From Auanema rhodensis (taxonomy: Eukaryota > Animalia > Nematoda): a stretch of 64,000 nucleotides of DNA. Positions 1 through 13,600 of the stretch are shown in pieces; within the stretch, counting starts at the first letter, position 1, and every line of letters starts with the position of its first letter. A program made the position numbers and the translations under genes. The notes beneath the pieces are model-generated. The model saw nothing but the letters and a program-made list of their open reading frames with translations. It was not told the origin of the DNA and made no database searches. The stretch spans positions 17,484,001 through 17,548,000 of the forward strand of contig OZ059896.1 of assembly GCA_964057225.1 (NCBI GenBank), in the 5' to 3' direction.

Positions 1-1597
1 TGTTGTCCAATTATTGGGAGAAGAAAGACAACATGCTAAGCCAATTGATAGCCAATCAGCTATCTGGTCGAGACGGTCACACATACCCGCAGAAGTTATT
101 CCTTATACGCACACATACAGAGACAAGCAATAGGTCTTTATACATGACATGGAATAGCTGATAAACACTTTAAATTAGTTTTCACTGGTCCTGTTAAACC
201 GTTACACATCTCGGTGAGGAAACGACGAACAGTAAACTATATATCAGAAGGATAAAATGCCGGTAAACGCTTGCTCATAATCACTTATACAAAGATTTGT
301 TGAAGTTGTAACATATACTTTTCTTGTATTTTCATCTCATGTCTTAACTGTCATATTCGCATCTCTTACTAGCAAACTTATCTCTCAACCGGCTACACTC
401 TCAAGATTGGCTTTTCTTTTCTTTTAATATTTGAAATAAGACTTAGAAGTTTCAGAAGCGTAAAGCAGTATGTGCGACAAGTGGATAAAGTCTGATGCTT
501 CACATACCGAACATTTTTAGAAACTTAATCATAAAGCTGTAAAAAAAATAAAATATTTTAAAAGAATAAAATAACAAATTCTTCAAACTTTAAAAACTGA
601 ATTCTATGAAATATAATGAATTTTTAAATAAAAATATTTTTATATTATAAGAAGCAATCACTTTAATAATTAAAATTTTAATCAATCACGTTGTTATTTG
701 AAGTTACCATGTTTAAGATAAACAATTCATCTTCACATATATGCTTCCGATTAGTATATTCATTTAAGTCTTAGTTATATTACTATAAATAAAATCTTGT
801 TTTGAGACAAGGATGAGTAGGATGTTCTACAAGTTTTGCATGGAAAAGGTTTAAGAGAAAACTTAAGTGTTCTCGGATCAGTATATTTGACCTTATTATG
901 AGTAGTGGATATTGAGACAATACCGGTTTACTTGATCACATGTAATTGAAAGACTAGTTCAATAATTTTATCAAAATCATTGATGTTTGATTAATCGAAA
1001 AAAAAACAAAAAAACCTTTAAATGTTTTCAGGAATGATTATACGAGAAAAGGTTGCATACAGGAAAAGCTTAAACAAAAATGAAGACCATTTTTGAAGTA
1101 TCAAGTTTATTCGATGTTTTTATTTAATAAATTCTTTTATATATCTTAAAGAAATTATTTTGAAGTCGCTACTTTTCGTTTCGGGGTTAATAAATAATTA
1201 TTTTATTTCAAATATGAATATGATTATAGACTCTCCGCAACTTGTTTCTCAAACTAACTGTTTCTCTTACTTTCTTTCCTTCTTTGGTCAATTTTTGTCT
1301 TATTAGAACATAAAAATTATATTTGATAGACTTTTTTTACAAAAGAAATGACCTTTTCTACATTTCACTTAAATTAAATTTATATTCAAATCCATTTGTT
1401 CCATTCATAATTCGTAAAACTCAACAAGTTTTGGTAATAAAAAACGAAATTTTACAAGTACTTTCATCGATTCATATCCCATAGTATCACTTTCATCTTC
1501 CTTATGTTTATAGTTATAAATATAGATTTTTATATTAAAGCATAAAGAAGAAAATAATTGAGAAAAAATATCGGCGGATTAGTTGTTGGTTGAGTAA

Positions 1598-1606
1598 CTC
1601 CGCCCC
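1598..1606. promoter_or_regulatory. GC box (Sp1/KLF-type, CTCCGCCCC) about 320 nt upstream of the PAN gene ATG
   Basis: Exact CTCCGCCCC in otherwise very AT-rich DNA. The same 9-mer recurs at 44761-44769. Function is inferred. Confidence 0.3.
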
Positions 1607-1923
1607 AAATTCGGACATAACCAATTGCTGTTTCTCGCTCATTTCTCTTCGATAGTAGTTTCTTCATTTTCAGACAGTTGTGTCCAACTTTCTACTCACT
1701 TACTACTTTTCTTCATCAGTTAATTCTCTTTCAATTTCGTCCATTGCTTCATCACAACACAATAACATTACTTTAGAGTTGAAGATCAAAAAAGTAAGAG
1801 GAAGGGGAATCTAGGTGGTTGTCTCTTTCTCTCTCTCTCTCTTTATCGTCCATACAGAGGCATATTGTTGGATACTTCCTCTTATTCTACGACATTTATT
1901 TCTAAATAAACAAGTGCACAACC

Positions 1924-4900
1924 ATGTCAATTGCCTCATCTATCTCAGCAGCATTTTGGATGCTCAGCATTGTAGGCATTTTGCTTTATTTAACAGCTTT
2001 AGTTGGAGCTCAAGATCCAACTTATGTAAGCTTGGCCGAGAAGGTGTATGTAAGTTATCGATAAATATCCATCTATTTAGTTACTTTTCTTTTTCTAGCC
2101 CAATCCAACAATACGGGTACCATCGTTTGAATTAGCTCAACCATTTTACGAAGATGGAAAACCAAATTTTGTCGATTTTCCAGAAGATACCTTAAAGTAT
2201 TACGGTCGTGAGCCACATGGGCCACTAGAGATTCGTAATGTTCTTTACAAAGTAAGTGACCAAAGTGTTTTCTATATAAGAGATAAAGCATATGATTATA
2301 TAATTTCACAAAACTTGCAGAAGGCTGAACTCCAGCAGGAACGTGAAGCGCGCCAAAGGTAAAAGAAGTCAAATCAAATATATGCTATCATCGTTGAAAT
2401 GGCAATAAAAAGAAAATCTTCAATATATTCTAGTGCTTCTTCGTTTGCGGATCATTTAAATGAAATTAGTGGCTTTGAACCGCATCTTGCATCGTCATTT
2501 TCACCATCATCTTCGTTGTCGTCATCGTTGTCTGGGTCTTCAAAATTCTCAGTGAATCCCTCGTCAATATATCGTCCTCCACCTCCACCTGTACGACGCG
2601 AAGTGCTAATTAATCCACGTTGTTCCTTCGGTAGTTCGATTGTGTATTATTTTCATTTAACTTTTCTAATATATTTCTTTAATAAATATGTAAGACGCTG
2701 ACAAATGGTCTATGCATCCTGAATCATCAATCTCAAATGCCATCATGTTTTATCGTGTAACTGGCATAACTTGTGAAAAATGCTTGAAATTATGTCAAAA
2801 AAAGCAGGTTTATCATGCAGCATGCACACACTATTCTTCGTAATTGTAATTTTTGGTTTACAGAAAAAACCATGGGCATGTCGTTCGGTTGTCTACGATA
2901 GTCGATGGAGCATATGCGATCTGTTTGCCGTCACAGCGGCTTCAGCTCCATTTTTCCTAGTTGACTATACAGGCAGAGATTATTTCGAGTAACTTATATT
3001 TTATTTATTATTAAAAAATGAATATATAATAATTAAAATGACAAGACAAATAAAAGCTTTATTTGAAGATATCTTGCTGCAACTCCATCAACTGGCGATG
3101 ATCTAGACGAAGCTAGTACATTCTCAAGAATTGAAGATGACATTTCTATTGTCGACTGCAAACGTTTAATGGAAAATGAACGACAAGCGGTAACATAGAT
3201 TTCAAAAAATCAAATATTCATCTTATAAATCATTTTTAGTTTGCATCCGGAGTTAAAAATCTGGATAAAAGTGGCTTTCAGTCCGCAACATCATCAGTAT
3301 ATGGAGCCATTCCCTTAAAAAATCATTCAGACAATGATGAGCATGTGGGAATTCAAAAGCTTAAAACTGAAGAAAAAAAGAAAACTAAATATAAGAGCAA
3401 AAATAAAAACAAGAAAGTAGGTAGCATATATAACATATCATATAAGCTTTAGCTTTCCAGCTTATCCTATAGTTTAAGAAAATATCTAAAAATGCTTAAT
3501 GATACAAACATTAGAAGTAAACAATATTAATTTGTTATTTAACAGAACTTCAAGAGAAAGTTGGTAGAAGCTGTGACCACTTCTGAGCCTCATCGAGAAG
3601 AGAGTCATGAAGAAATACGAAGTATAGGAGAAGAAATTGAGAAAGAAAGCATCGAAATTATAGAAAACTCAACGGTATTTACATACTTATTTCAGAAAAA
3701 TGAATGCTCTATCTATTAACTGTTCAGGAAAGTGGTTCAGCTTCAACAGAATCTGAAGGTAGCTCGGAAGATATCTCAGTTAGTAGCGAAAAACGAAAAC
3801 GTATGGCTGGTAGACGTGCTGAACATACCAATGAGGTTGTCAAAATGAGAACACGAACATTTGTTCCAACAGCTAGTACACTTCCTGAAATGATAGAAGA
3901 TGATTTTTCGGTGGTGACAGCAAGTTTTTTACGAACTACTCAAAAGGAGGCTAAAGAAGTATCGTCTGAGATACGCATTTCAACAACATCACCTCCTACA
4001 ACAACACCATTGAATTCAGATTCAGGTTTGTAATTTTGGGTCAGATAAGATGGTTAATATCACATCTTTTATTTTATTAGATGATGTTGTAGTTGCTGAG
4101 ATTGGAAAAGCTACACAAGAGGTAAGCTCATCTGTTAAACATTCTGGAGCTATTCGACGACCACGTTCAGATGAAGATGAAGATGAAGAGGTAAGTGTTT
4201 TGTTCTTGAGATAATAATGATAATCTGGAAAAAAGTAATATAAATAAGAAATAAAAAAATGAATAGATAAATAGGTGAAGCAACCGATAAATACGTATTT
4301 TGAAATTAAAATGAAAGGTTGAATATAGAAAATTAGGTGAACTATATTATGCTAATTTCGATAATAGATAGTATTAGTAGTTTTTGAGTTAAATTATGAA
4401 TACAATGCAGAAAAGAAATGAAAATTGATTCAAATTCAAATTAATTCTATTTTCAGTTATCAGAAACAAAACGTAATGTATATGAGAAGACTATAAAAGA
4501 GGTTTGCTTTCGTTTATTCATAAATATAAACAATTTTTCTTTTTTCTTTTCTTATTAAGAAAAAAAAAGGACAAATACAATGGAATGGAATATATCTATC
4601 AAATGATTATTCCATCACATAACACATACTACGAGTATTTGTGAAAATTCGAACAAATGCAGGTTGTTCTACTTTTGTGAAATTAACGAAATTTCTGTAA
4701 AAATAAAGTTAATTAGATCACATCTTATCAATTTTCTCCTGTCAATTAAATCTTTTTTTATGATTATAACTTGATTTAAGGAGCTTAAACAAGACTCTCT
4801 ATGTCCTATTAATCAAGAAGTTACTATGGTAGATTTCAAGTCAACAAATCGACAACCATATAGCGCTGATATCCGACGAGTACGAACTCGTTCTCCAGAA

Positions 4901-6098
4901 GAATGCAGTGATTTATGTGCCAGAGATAATGAATGGTAAATGAAAATTCTATTTATTTCCATGAAATCAAATGAAAAATCAAATTAATGACTAAAAAAGT
5001 GAAAACAATTTGTGAAATTTCAGCTCATCATCCATATTTTCTACAACTGGTTGTGAATTAGCTTCAACTATAGCCAATCATCGAACGAACGATTTACAAT
5101 ACTCTCAAACTTCTACATATAGTGAGAAGATTTGCATAAATCAGCGACAAACTTTAGGTTTTAAAGTTCAAAATAAGGAAAAGATATTTTATAAATTATA
5201 TTCAGATTATAAGTTAAGCATCAAAGCATATATTGATTACATGTTAGTTGGCCATGTTGAAGTTGTAGAAACTACGGATAGTTTTGAAAACTGTATAAAT
5301 ATTTGTATTCAAGTAATTTTATTTGTTAAAAAAATAAATTTGATTCAAATTTAATTTCAGGCTTTTCTAACACATGGCTTTCAATGTGACTCTGCCATGT
5401 ATTACATTGAGGAGAGAAAACAGGTTTTTTTTGATTTTTTTAAAGATAAGAACAACATTATTTATTTATTTCCTTATAGAATTGCCATCTGAATTCTGCT
5501 TCGCAAAACTTGGACCCCATAAACTTTATACCAAATGTACAAGAGAAAGAGATTATAGCATGTAATAGTTTTCAAACATTGTTTTTATTTCAGGAAAAAA
5601 CATCTCGTTTAATTTATTTTGAATTCCCTGAAGAGGTTTTTCGGATGAAAGCTCGCCGTCATAAACGAATGAAGGTAAGTAATTTCTTTTTTTTTTGGCT
5701 GAATCTTATTGTCTTTCATGTCTTTACTCTTCAATTAAATACATTTAAAATATTTTTAATGAAGTAGAAAATGTTTAAAACTTTATTCAAAGACTGGAAA
5801 TGCAAATAAATTGACGATGTGGTCATCATGTATTCATAATAAGGTTGACGACGACAAAAAACTTTATTATGGAATGAAATATAGGTATTTACATATTTAT
5901 CTCATCTGGTTTTTTTTAAAATTTGAATTATTTGCAATCAACTTATTGAATCAAATCTTCCTATTCATCATTTTAACTGATATATTAATCTTTTTTTTTC
6001 TAAATTTCTGTTGTAGATATGAACAATGTGCTGAAAAGGATATTCGAAACTGTCGAACATATTCAACTTCATGTAATATGGAAAGAAGTAAAAATTAG
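1924..6098 (+). CDS. Multi-exon secreted PAN/Apple-domain protein (apical ECM/cuticle type) with a central Ser/Thr/acidic linker and a short Cys-rich tail
   Basis: The ATG at 1924 gives signal-peptide-like MSIASSISAAFWMLSIVGILLYLTALVGAQD. Spliced exons encode PAN-like Cys patterns (KKPWACRSVVYDSRWSICDLF...GRDYFE; RTRSPEECSDLCARDNE; LVGHVEVVETTDSFENCINICIQ|AFLTHGFQCDSAMYY...NCHLNS). There is an S/T/E-rich exon at about 3728-4025. The last exon YEQCAEKDIRNCR...ERSKN* ends at TAG 6098. Internal exon boundaries are approximate. Confidence 0.8.
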
Positions 6099-6549
6099 AA
6101 GAAACTATAACTATATCATCTATACTATATATAGAGAGAGATAGATCTATATACTTTATATCTCATCATCATATAATTTGTCTTATAAACAACAAAATAA
6201 TTAACTTAACTATATATATGTATATATATTTATATGTTTCTATAAGTCTAACTATAGGACAATATTGAAGAACTAATATTATATGTAAAAAGTCCACTGT
6301 AATTAATTCAAATTATGAAAATATGATGATTAGCTTCAATTTATGGTTGTGCAATATGTTGCTCTCAGTTAAAACATAAGCAATATGTAATAATCCTTTC
6401 AAAAATGTTTTTTAAAATTTATTTTTTGGTTTCTTTTTTTTTTTTGAAAAAATACATATTAAAATATATATATATATATATATATTATTACTTATACTAA
6501 TAAAATACTTTCTTTATTTCCTGTTAGTCTACTCGTTCTCTTAAATTCT

Positions 6550-8105
6550 ATGGATCAGTCACATAATGTGGAAGCTTTTGATGTTGTTCTCGCTCGCCAA
6601 GAACCAAAGACAGGACATCCATTTACAATGAAAGTATCCAAATTGTATTTGTTTTGATGTATTAAACACTAAATGTAATTTGAAGGCATTTTCAAATGAT
6701 TTACCAAAATGTTGTGGAGATCCATGGAAAGGAGCATACTCTCTACATGGATTTTGGTATAAGTTTCAAAGAGGAAATGATAATGATTATCGTCAAGTAT
6801 ACCAGTGAAATGGAACACATTTCACTCATTTTATTTTGATTTGTTGCAGTTGATGAAACTAAGTTGTGAACAGGATCGTTATTTGATTGTAGAAGATGCC
6901 TTAAATGTTTGGAAGAAATGTTACGGAGAGGACAACGTTCACTTTGTTGTTGCTCGAAACTTAAGTTGCAAAAACGTTCAATAAACTTAGAATATAAATA
7001 TTTTAAGGATTGGAATACATTGGTGGAGTTGTAGCTATTAAGAAGATGTCTTATCTACAAATTGGATTTTATTTTGTACAAGAAGACTATAGACATTCCT
7101 TAATAGGTCAACAACTATTTCGAAGTGTTGCCAAAATGTCGTTGAATTTCAATCTTCCCCTTGTTTTCCAAAGCAGTTTGTCTATATTCCCATTATAATA
7201 ATTTGAAAAAAAAACTATACAGTGTCAACATTGCTAAGTAAAAGTCAGAAGTTTGGTCTAAATCATGCAGTAGGTAGAACATTCCAACATATTGAGCTTA
7301 TCAAGCCCTCAGGCTATCAATCATTAAATGTGTGTTTACACATCTCTAAAACTTAAAAACTTGTACATGTTATAGAAGAGTCAAAATATCCAAATTGTTA
7401 ATGGAATTCATGAAATATCATCGGAACAATTGAAATCTCTAGTAGAGTATGATCAGCAAATATCTGGTGAATTGCGTGACATAACATCAATGTATTCATC
7501 ACAATTTGCTAACTTATTTGTTGCTTTTGATCAGGTTTAGCACGTTTTAAACTAGCTTTCTCATCTATAAGTTTTAGAAAAAATGTGTGGGGTATTTGGT
7601 TCGCAACGAAATTCCAAGTTCATTACATCCAAAGCATTTAATTATTGCTCCACTATATTCAGACTCACCTGATATTAGTGAACATCTGCTAGTTGCAGCT
7701 TTTCATGAACTTTATGTAAATTATAATTTATTTTATTTTAGAAATAGTTAATATATGCATTTATATATTGTTTTCAGAATCCTGAAGAAGATTACGATTT
7801 CGATCCCGATTGTAATGCAATTTATCGACGGAACATCCACTTTGTAATGCCATCATCAAGCACCAATCAGCTACAGCTCATGCCAATTCTAGAAAAGTTA
7901 TCTGGAGCTGATGGAATTATAACAAAACATCGATTATCATATCAGGTTTAGTTTTAAATCATTTATTATAACTTTAAGAGTAACAAAACCAAAAACAGCA
8001 TTAATTGCCAATTTGTCTTTTCAGACAACCATGTCTGGAATGCTGCCAGGCTGTGAATTGGATCGAGTTCACTGTATCGGTGACATGTTCTCAACCCTTC
8101 TCTAG
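6550..8105 (+). CDS. GNAT-fold N-acetyltransferase-like protein (YitH-like two-domain type common in nematodes), multi-exon
   Basis: ATG 6550 (MDQSHNVEAFDVV...). The exon at about 7008-7175 encodes YIGGVVAIKKMSYLQIGFYFVQEDYRHSLIGQQLF, a GNAT motif A region with degenerate R-x-x-G-x-G. Later exons give LVEYDQQISGELRD and IIAPLYSDSPDISEHLL. The final exon ends ...IGDMFSTLL* at TAG 8105. Confidence 0.75.
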
Positions 8106-10569
8106 TTTTCAAAAACGCTTTAATCATTTTTTCTTTTCAATTTTGTCTTAATTTTCCTGAACCAAATATTTTGAAATTTTCTAAATATTTTCTAATTTTT
8201 TAGTATCATTTCATGCTGTGCTGGATCAAATGTGCTTCACTGAGTGTGAATGAATCAGGAAAAATTAGATTTTCTTCCTAATTCCGTCTTTCATTTCATG
8301 ATAGGACATAAATGTATGTATGCATATCTATGTTTTACATACAATATGTATAAATTCATTGAATTTTTGAAAGAATCACACTCATTTCCTTTTTTTTCAT
8401 ACTTTATTCTTGCTATTTTGCTTTTTTTGGAGAAAAAAAACCAAAGTTTTGAGTGCAAGCCGTCTGCATTTTTTTTCTTTTTTTCAACATCATCAAGACT
8501 GAAATTGTCATGTTCTTCTTGATCTATTCAATTTCATAGACGGATGAATGCAGAAATATTTGAAGAATTTCGGATTTTTTTGCTTCAAGATTTTAATTTT
8601 TCTTATTATTCTAACGAAAATAATGACATATATTTAATATGTATATGTGAATTGAGACACAAATCGAAAGAATGATAGTAAGTAAGATGAAATAAGAGAA
8701 ATTCTGTGAGTGAAGACAAAGAAAAATGATTGAAATTTGACTGTAAAATGAATAATAAAAAACTTTTTTTTTTGTTTATATATGAATAGAACTTAACTAT
8801 ACGGAACATATAAGATATAGTTATATGTTATAAGAATAGAAATTTAAATCTTAATTCATTCATATTTGATTATAACTTCCTCATTCTTTCTATTTATAAT
8901 GTTATCCAAGAAGAGACCTCACAGACACAGACATACATACACACAGACCCACACATCGGCTGTAATGTTAATGAAATCTTCTGAAGTTATGTTATCAATT
9001 GAATTATCTCCGTTAACACCTGTTTATTTATAATTTCATATTTGACTTGTTATAAATTCTTTACAAACTTTACACAAAAAGCTTTATGCTCGTTTATACA
9101 TCCACAAGAAAAAAAACCCAAACATATCCATTCATTTTCATTACGATTAGCTATTAATCTCGTATATTTAAAAGAAACAAAAATGTTTTGTTTTACTACT
9201 AATAGGCATAGTTAGCATAGTTATATTTTGAAAAAAAGTTTGGTTGAACATATCATAATATTCTTCCAGTATCATCATCTCATCATCTCAAACAGCCAGG
9301 TAATATGAATGGCTTTGCAAGAAAACAAGATAAATCAAAGTTTGTGACATGTCAGAAGAGATATTTTTGAATTAAAACACAACACAGTCATTTTCTTTTA
9401 CTTGAAAATTCATTTATATAAGATTTAGTTATTAGTTATTGTTCATTCATGATAATACATCCTTTTCACACTAGTTGTTGATCGATAGTATGAAAAGATG
9501 ATTGGTTCACTCATATAAACCCACCACTGACTTACTATTCAGATCAAAAATGTTGTTAATATTCAAGAGCATGTTAATCTTTTGAGCTTTCATTTAATTC
9601 AAAAACTAATTTCAATCATGTATCCAAATCAAATCAACACTTTTATGGAATTAAACATCAAATGTATTATTGTATAAGGAGGAGCAGAAAGATCAAGTGT
9701 TTCATCTCTATGCCTCTCTCTCTCTCTCTCTCTTTAGAATTTGTCACTTCACGTGTCACGTGTGTGAGCAAGTCTTACAACTTCTAAAGCGGAGCATTTT
9801 CATTTTACGAGTAAGTAAGATGTGATATGGTTGTATATGTTCGTTTTTCTTCTCTTTTTTTTGATAGCTTAAAATTAGGTTTAATATATATATTTATACA
9901 TATACTATATCTCGAAATAAAAAAAACGTATACATTTCTTTTTATGAAGAAGAAGTTGAAGAATATATTTCCGATTATTAAATCGTATTAGTTTTTTTCT
10001 GGTATTACATTAATATTTTCATATTTTTTTTCTTTTTTTTTTCTGTTTATTTATAAATGAACATACTTAGAAACGGAAAAGATTTCCCTGGGACACGAAA
10101 GTATTTCCGACTCTCTCTCTCACTCTCGAACCTCATTGTTAAACGTTGCAAATAGTCTGACCTAAACAACTATGAAATAGGTGCAAAAAGACATCTTTCT
10201 TTAAATTTTAAAATTTTTTATACACGCGCTTTCGAAAAAATTCACAACACTTTCGTTCTTTTTCTCGTTCTCTCTTTGTTGCTGCTTAGATACATGAATA
10301 CACTGTAAATAGATTTTATTGTGGAAATTGTTGAAGAATACAAAAGAAGATGCAAAGAGAGAGAGAGAGAGAGACAGAGAGAGTTAGAGATAGAGAGAGA
10401 GGGAGACTAGTGGTTTTCATTTTTTTCTTTCTTTTTTTTGCACGTTTTTGCAGATTAAACATCATGTTTGGAAATATTTCATATGAAATATTAATTGATA
10501 AGTGATTCTATTTGCATGCATAATGGATCCAAAGTATCAACGAAGTAATGAAATAGTCAAAAAGAAAAG

Positions 10570-10635
10570 TTAAGGAGAGGCATTCAAACAACTTTAGTCT
10601 ATGTTCTGGTCACAATTGTTGAATGCATCTGTTAA
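10570..10635 (-). ncRNA. Candidate pre-miRNA-like hairpin
   Basis: About 66-nt fold-back: TTAA-c-AGA-t-GCATTCAA-CAATT pairs with AAGTTG-t-TTGAATGC-c-TCT-cc-TTAA. It pairs better on the minus strand (G.U). See findings. Confidence 0.3.
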
Positions 10636-13600
10636 TTATGGATGGATCATCATATGACATAAGCATTATGTGGTCCTGAGCTTACTGAAGCACATACATT
10701 TTGTCCACAAAAGCAGAATTTCGATCTTTGACAAAATATGAAGGAAATACTAATACAGCCTGAGAAAGAGAAAGTATGTGTTTATGAGTGAGAAAAAGAG
10801 AAAGAGGAAGAGAAAAAAAATGAGGGAGGAGGGAAACGAGTCGAAAAAGTTAAGAAGACCAATGAACGAGAAATAAAACACAGCACTACTAGAAAACACA
10901 TGATGTACAAGAGAAGGACAGAGATAAAGAGATAAGTAAAGAGTGAAGAGGACATGAGTAAAAGACAAGACTATGATGAAGCATCGAGGCACATGAAATG
11001 CTATGTCGAAACTGGATGATGAAGCATTCAATATTCTGATCAGTGAAGTTGATATAGCCACAGATCGTCTCTATACTTTGTCTTCCTCCTCCATTATTAT
11101 ACTTATAGCATTTTTTTATAAAGAATATACCCTTATATAAACATATCCATATTATCTGTTATTGTTATCTACTATGCTCCGTATTTCAATCAGGTTTCTT
11201 TGATTTTTTTTAAAAAATGTCATCGTCTGCACATTCACATCATCAATCTGTCGTTGTTTTTCCGGATGATCATCCATGACTTATGACCATACGAACTGAG
11301 CTTTCAGTTTTTTTTCAATTAAATTGGAGAATTTTTACTGAAATCACCTTCAGTAGATACATATATCGTCGTATATATGTAAGTAAATAATCTTTTTACT
11401 TCCTTTTTTCATGTTTCTGATTAAATTACAACATCTTTGTATATATCGAAGAAAATATATTATATTCAGAATATTTTGATTTCTAGAGAGAGAGAAAGAA
11501 AGAGAGATAGAGAGAGTAAGTATAGAAGAGATTACCTTTAGAATTTTCTGTATTATCGCCAAAGACTGAGTTTACTCCATAGGAACAAGATATCAATTTT
11601 CTTTCATTTACTTATACCTTAAAAGAAAATATTTTATTTTTCATTACAAACCTTATATGAAAATAAGCTTTTGTCGTCATCGTCATTATTAATAGTCTTC
11701 AGGAGAAATGTTCGTTTTCCCATCCAAAATAATGTCAATTTTGTCATTTCATCTATCATTTGTTATGAAAACCATTAAATAACTTAAGATTATTTCTATA
11801 ATAGCATCTTGCCCTTGTGAACTGATTCACGAACCAACAAATTCTGAAATTCATTTGTTTTTAATTTCTTTATTCGTACCTGCTTTTACTTTCTTTTTCT
11901 CTTTTACTCTGTACCGATCATTTAATGTGCTATTCTGCAGCTTTCAAGTTATTTCTCATTTGAAGTGCTCATGACTAAAAACTATTCGCTTTTCTCAACT
12001 TTCATGTGTTGAAAGTATAAGCAGATCTTTTGATCTCAATCTTTTTTTTGCACGAGATAATGATTCCTTAAAATTCCAAAGAATATCCATTCTAATCTTT
12101 CTCTCTCTTTCTCTCTCTTTTCTCTCTCCCTCTCTCTCTTTTCTTTACCCCTTCTCTCTATTTCTCTTTCTCTCGTACAAAAAATAAGCTATGATGTCGT
12201 TGTGATGCTTTCCATTTCAAACAACACAAGAAGAATCTAATTTGTAATACTAGTTCAAACATTCGATGAACTATGAGCTACTGAGCTTGTTTTAACTCAA
12301 ACTGGTATTATTGGGTCAATCCTAATGCCGAACCTTTCTATGTTTCAATTTGCAAAACAATATGAAATATGGAAGTAAACCAAGAATATCATTTCTCATC
12401 TTTTTCATATTTAGATATTGAAGAAAAAGAGAGAGCGCGAGACACCGGAATAGAGAGGATTGATGAAAAGCGAGGTACGGGGAGAAAACGAGGTTCAGAG
12501 GTATATCAATAGAGAAAGAAAAAGAGAGAGTGCGACTTAGTGAGAGAAAGAGAGAGAGAGTGAAAGTCAAAGAGAGAGAGAGAAAGATAGATAATTCTTT
12601 TTATTCACTAAAAATTCCTTAAGTTAATTTATCCAAATCTAATTTTTTATTTTATATTTCATTAAACGCTAAGTAATTTTTCTTTTTTTTTACTTTATTT
12701 ATCTTTTAATATAAATGAATTGACAACTGACAATACTATTAAAAGTATGTATGTAACATCTATAAACATTCTGATTAATTTAAGTTTTGTTTCAAGTTTT
12801 AATTTAAAAAAATCATTCTAAACATAAAGAAAATTATGAGTTCAGACATCCATTCATTCATCCATTCATCCATCCATCATAATGCTATCTATCTATTATT
12901 AAGTGATAAAACTGGCTGTTCTCATGTTTTAACTTTAACAATTAATCCAATTGTGTTAAAGTTTTAGTGGAAAAAAACATTAAAACTGTTTTCATGCAAT
13001 TTCTTTGAACAAAAAAAAAATGTTCAACTTTCGCAGGTTTGTTTTGTTGTTTTTGCTTCTAAGTTCTAGCTATTAAGATTTCAAGCCTTATTTCCAATCA
13101 AGTGTTTCTTTTTTGCATAAAATTGTGAATTTTGGGCCCCAATCACGTCATCATGTCAACGCTATGACTAAATTGAGCATGTGCAGGTTGAAACATTTAC
13201 CTCTTCCCACCTTCTTGCAGCTTTTTTTTTCTAAAAAAATGCTTTTGCAATGGTGCTATGAACTGCACCAATCTCGTTGCTCTTTCAAAGACCTTAATTG
13301 AATTTATTATAGTTAATTCAGCAGTTTTACTGTGTGATCGTCGTTTATAAATCTGAATTCATTATCCAATTTTCACTTTAATAGTGCAATTTCATATTCC
13401 ATCGTCTTGTGAATTGTTCCGCCAATTGTTTCTTTATTCATCGTAAAGTTTTCAAATATATATATATCTTTGTGTGTGTATAGTATTCTTATTACTTATA
13501 TATCAATATATAAGTATAATTATATGGAATTATGGATATTTTTTGAGCTTCAATCCTTATTTTTCTGTCAAAATGTGGCGTTTTCAAAGACATTAGTTCA

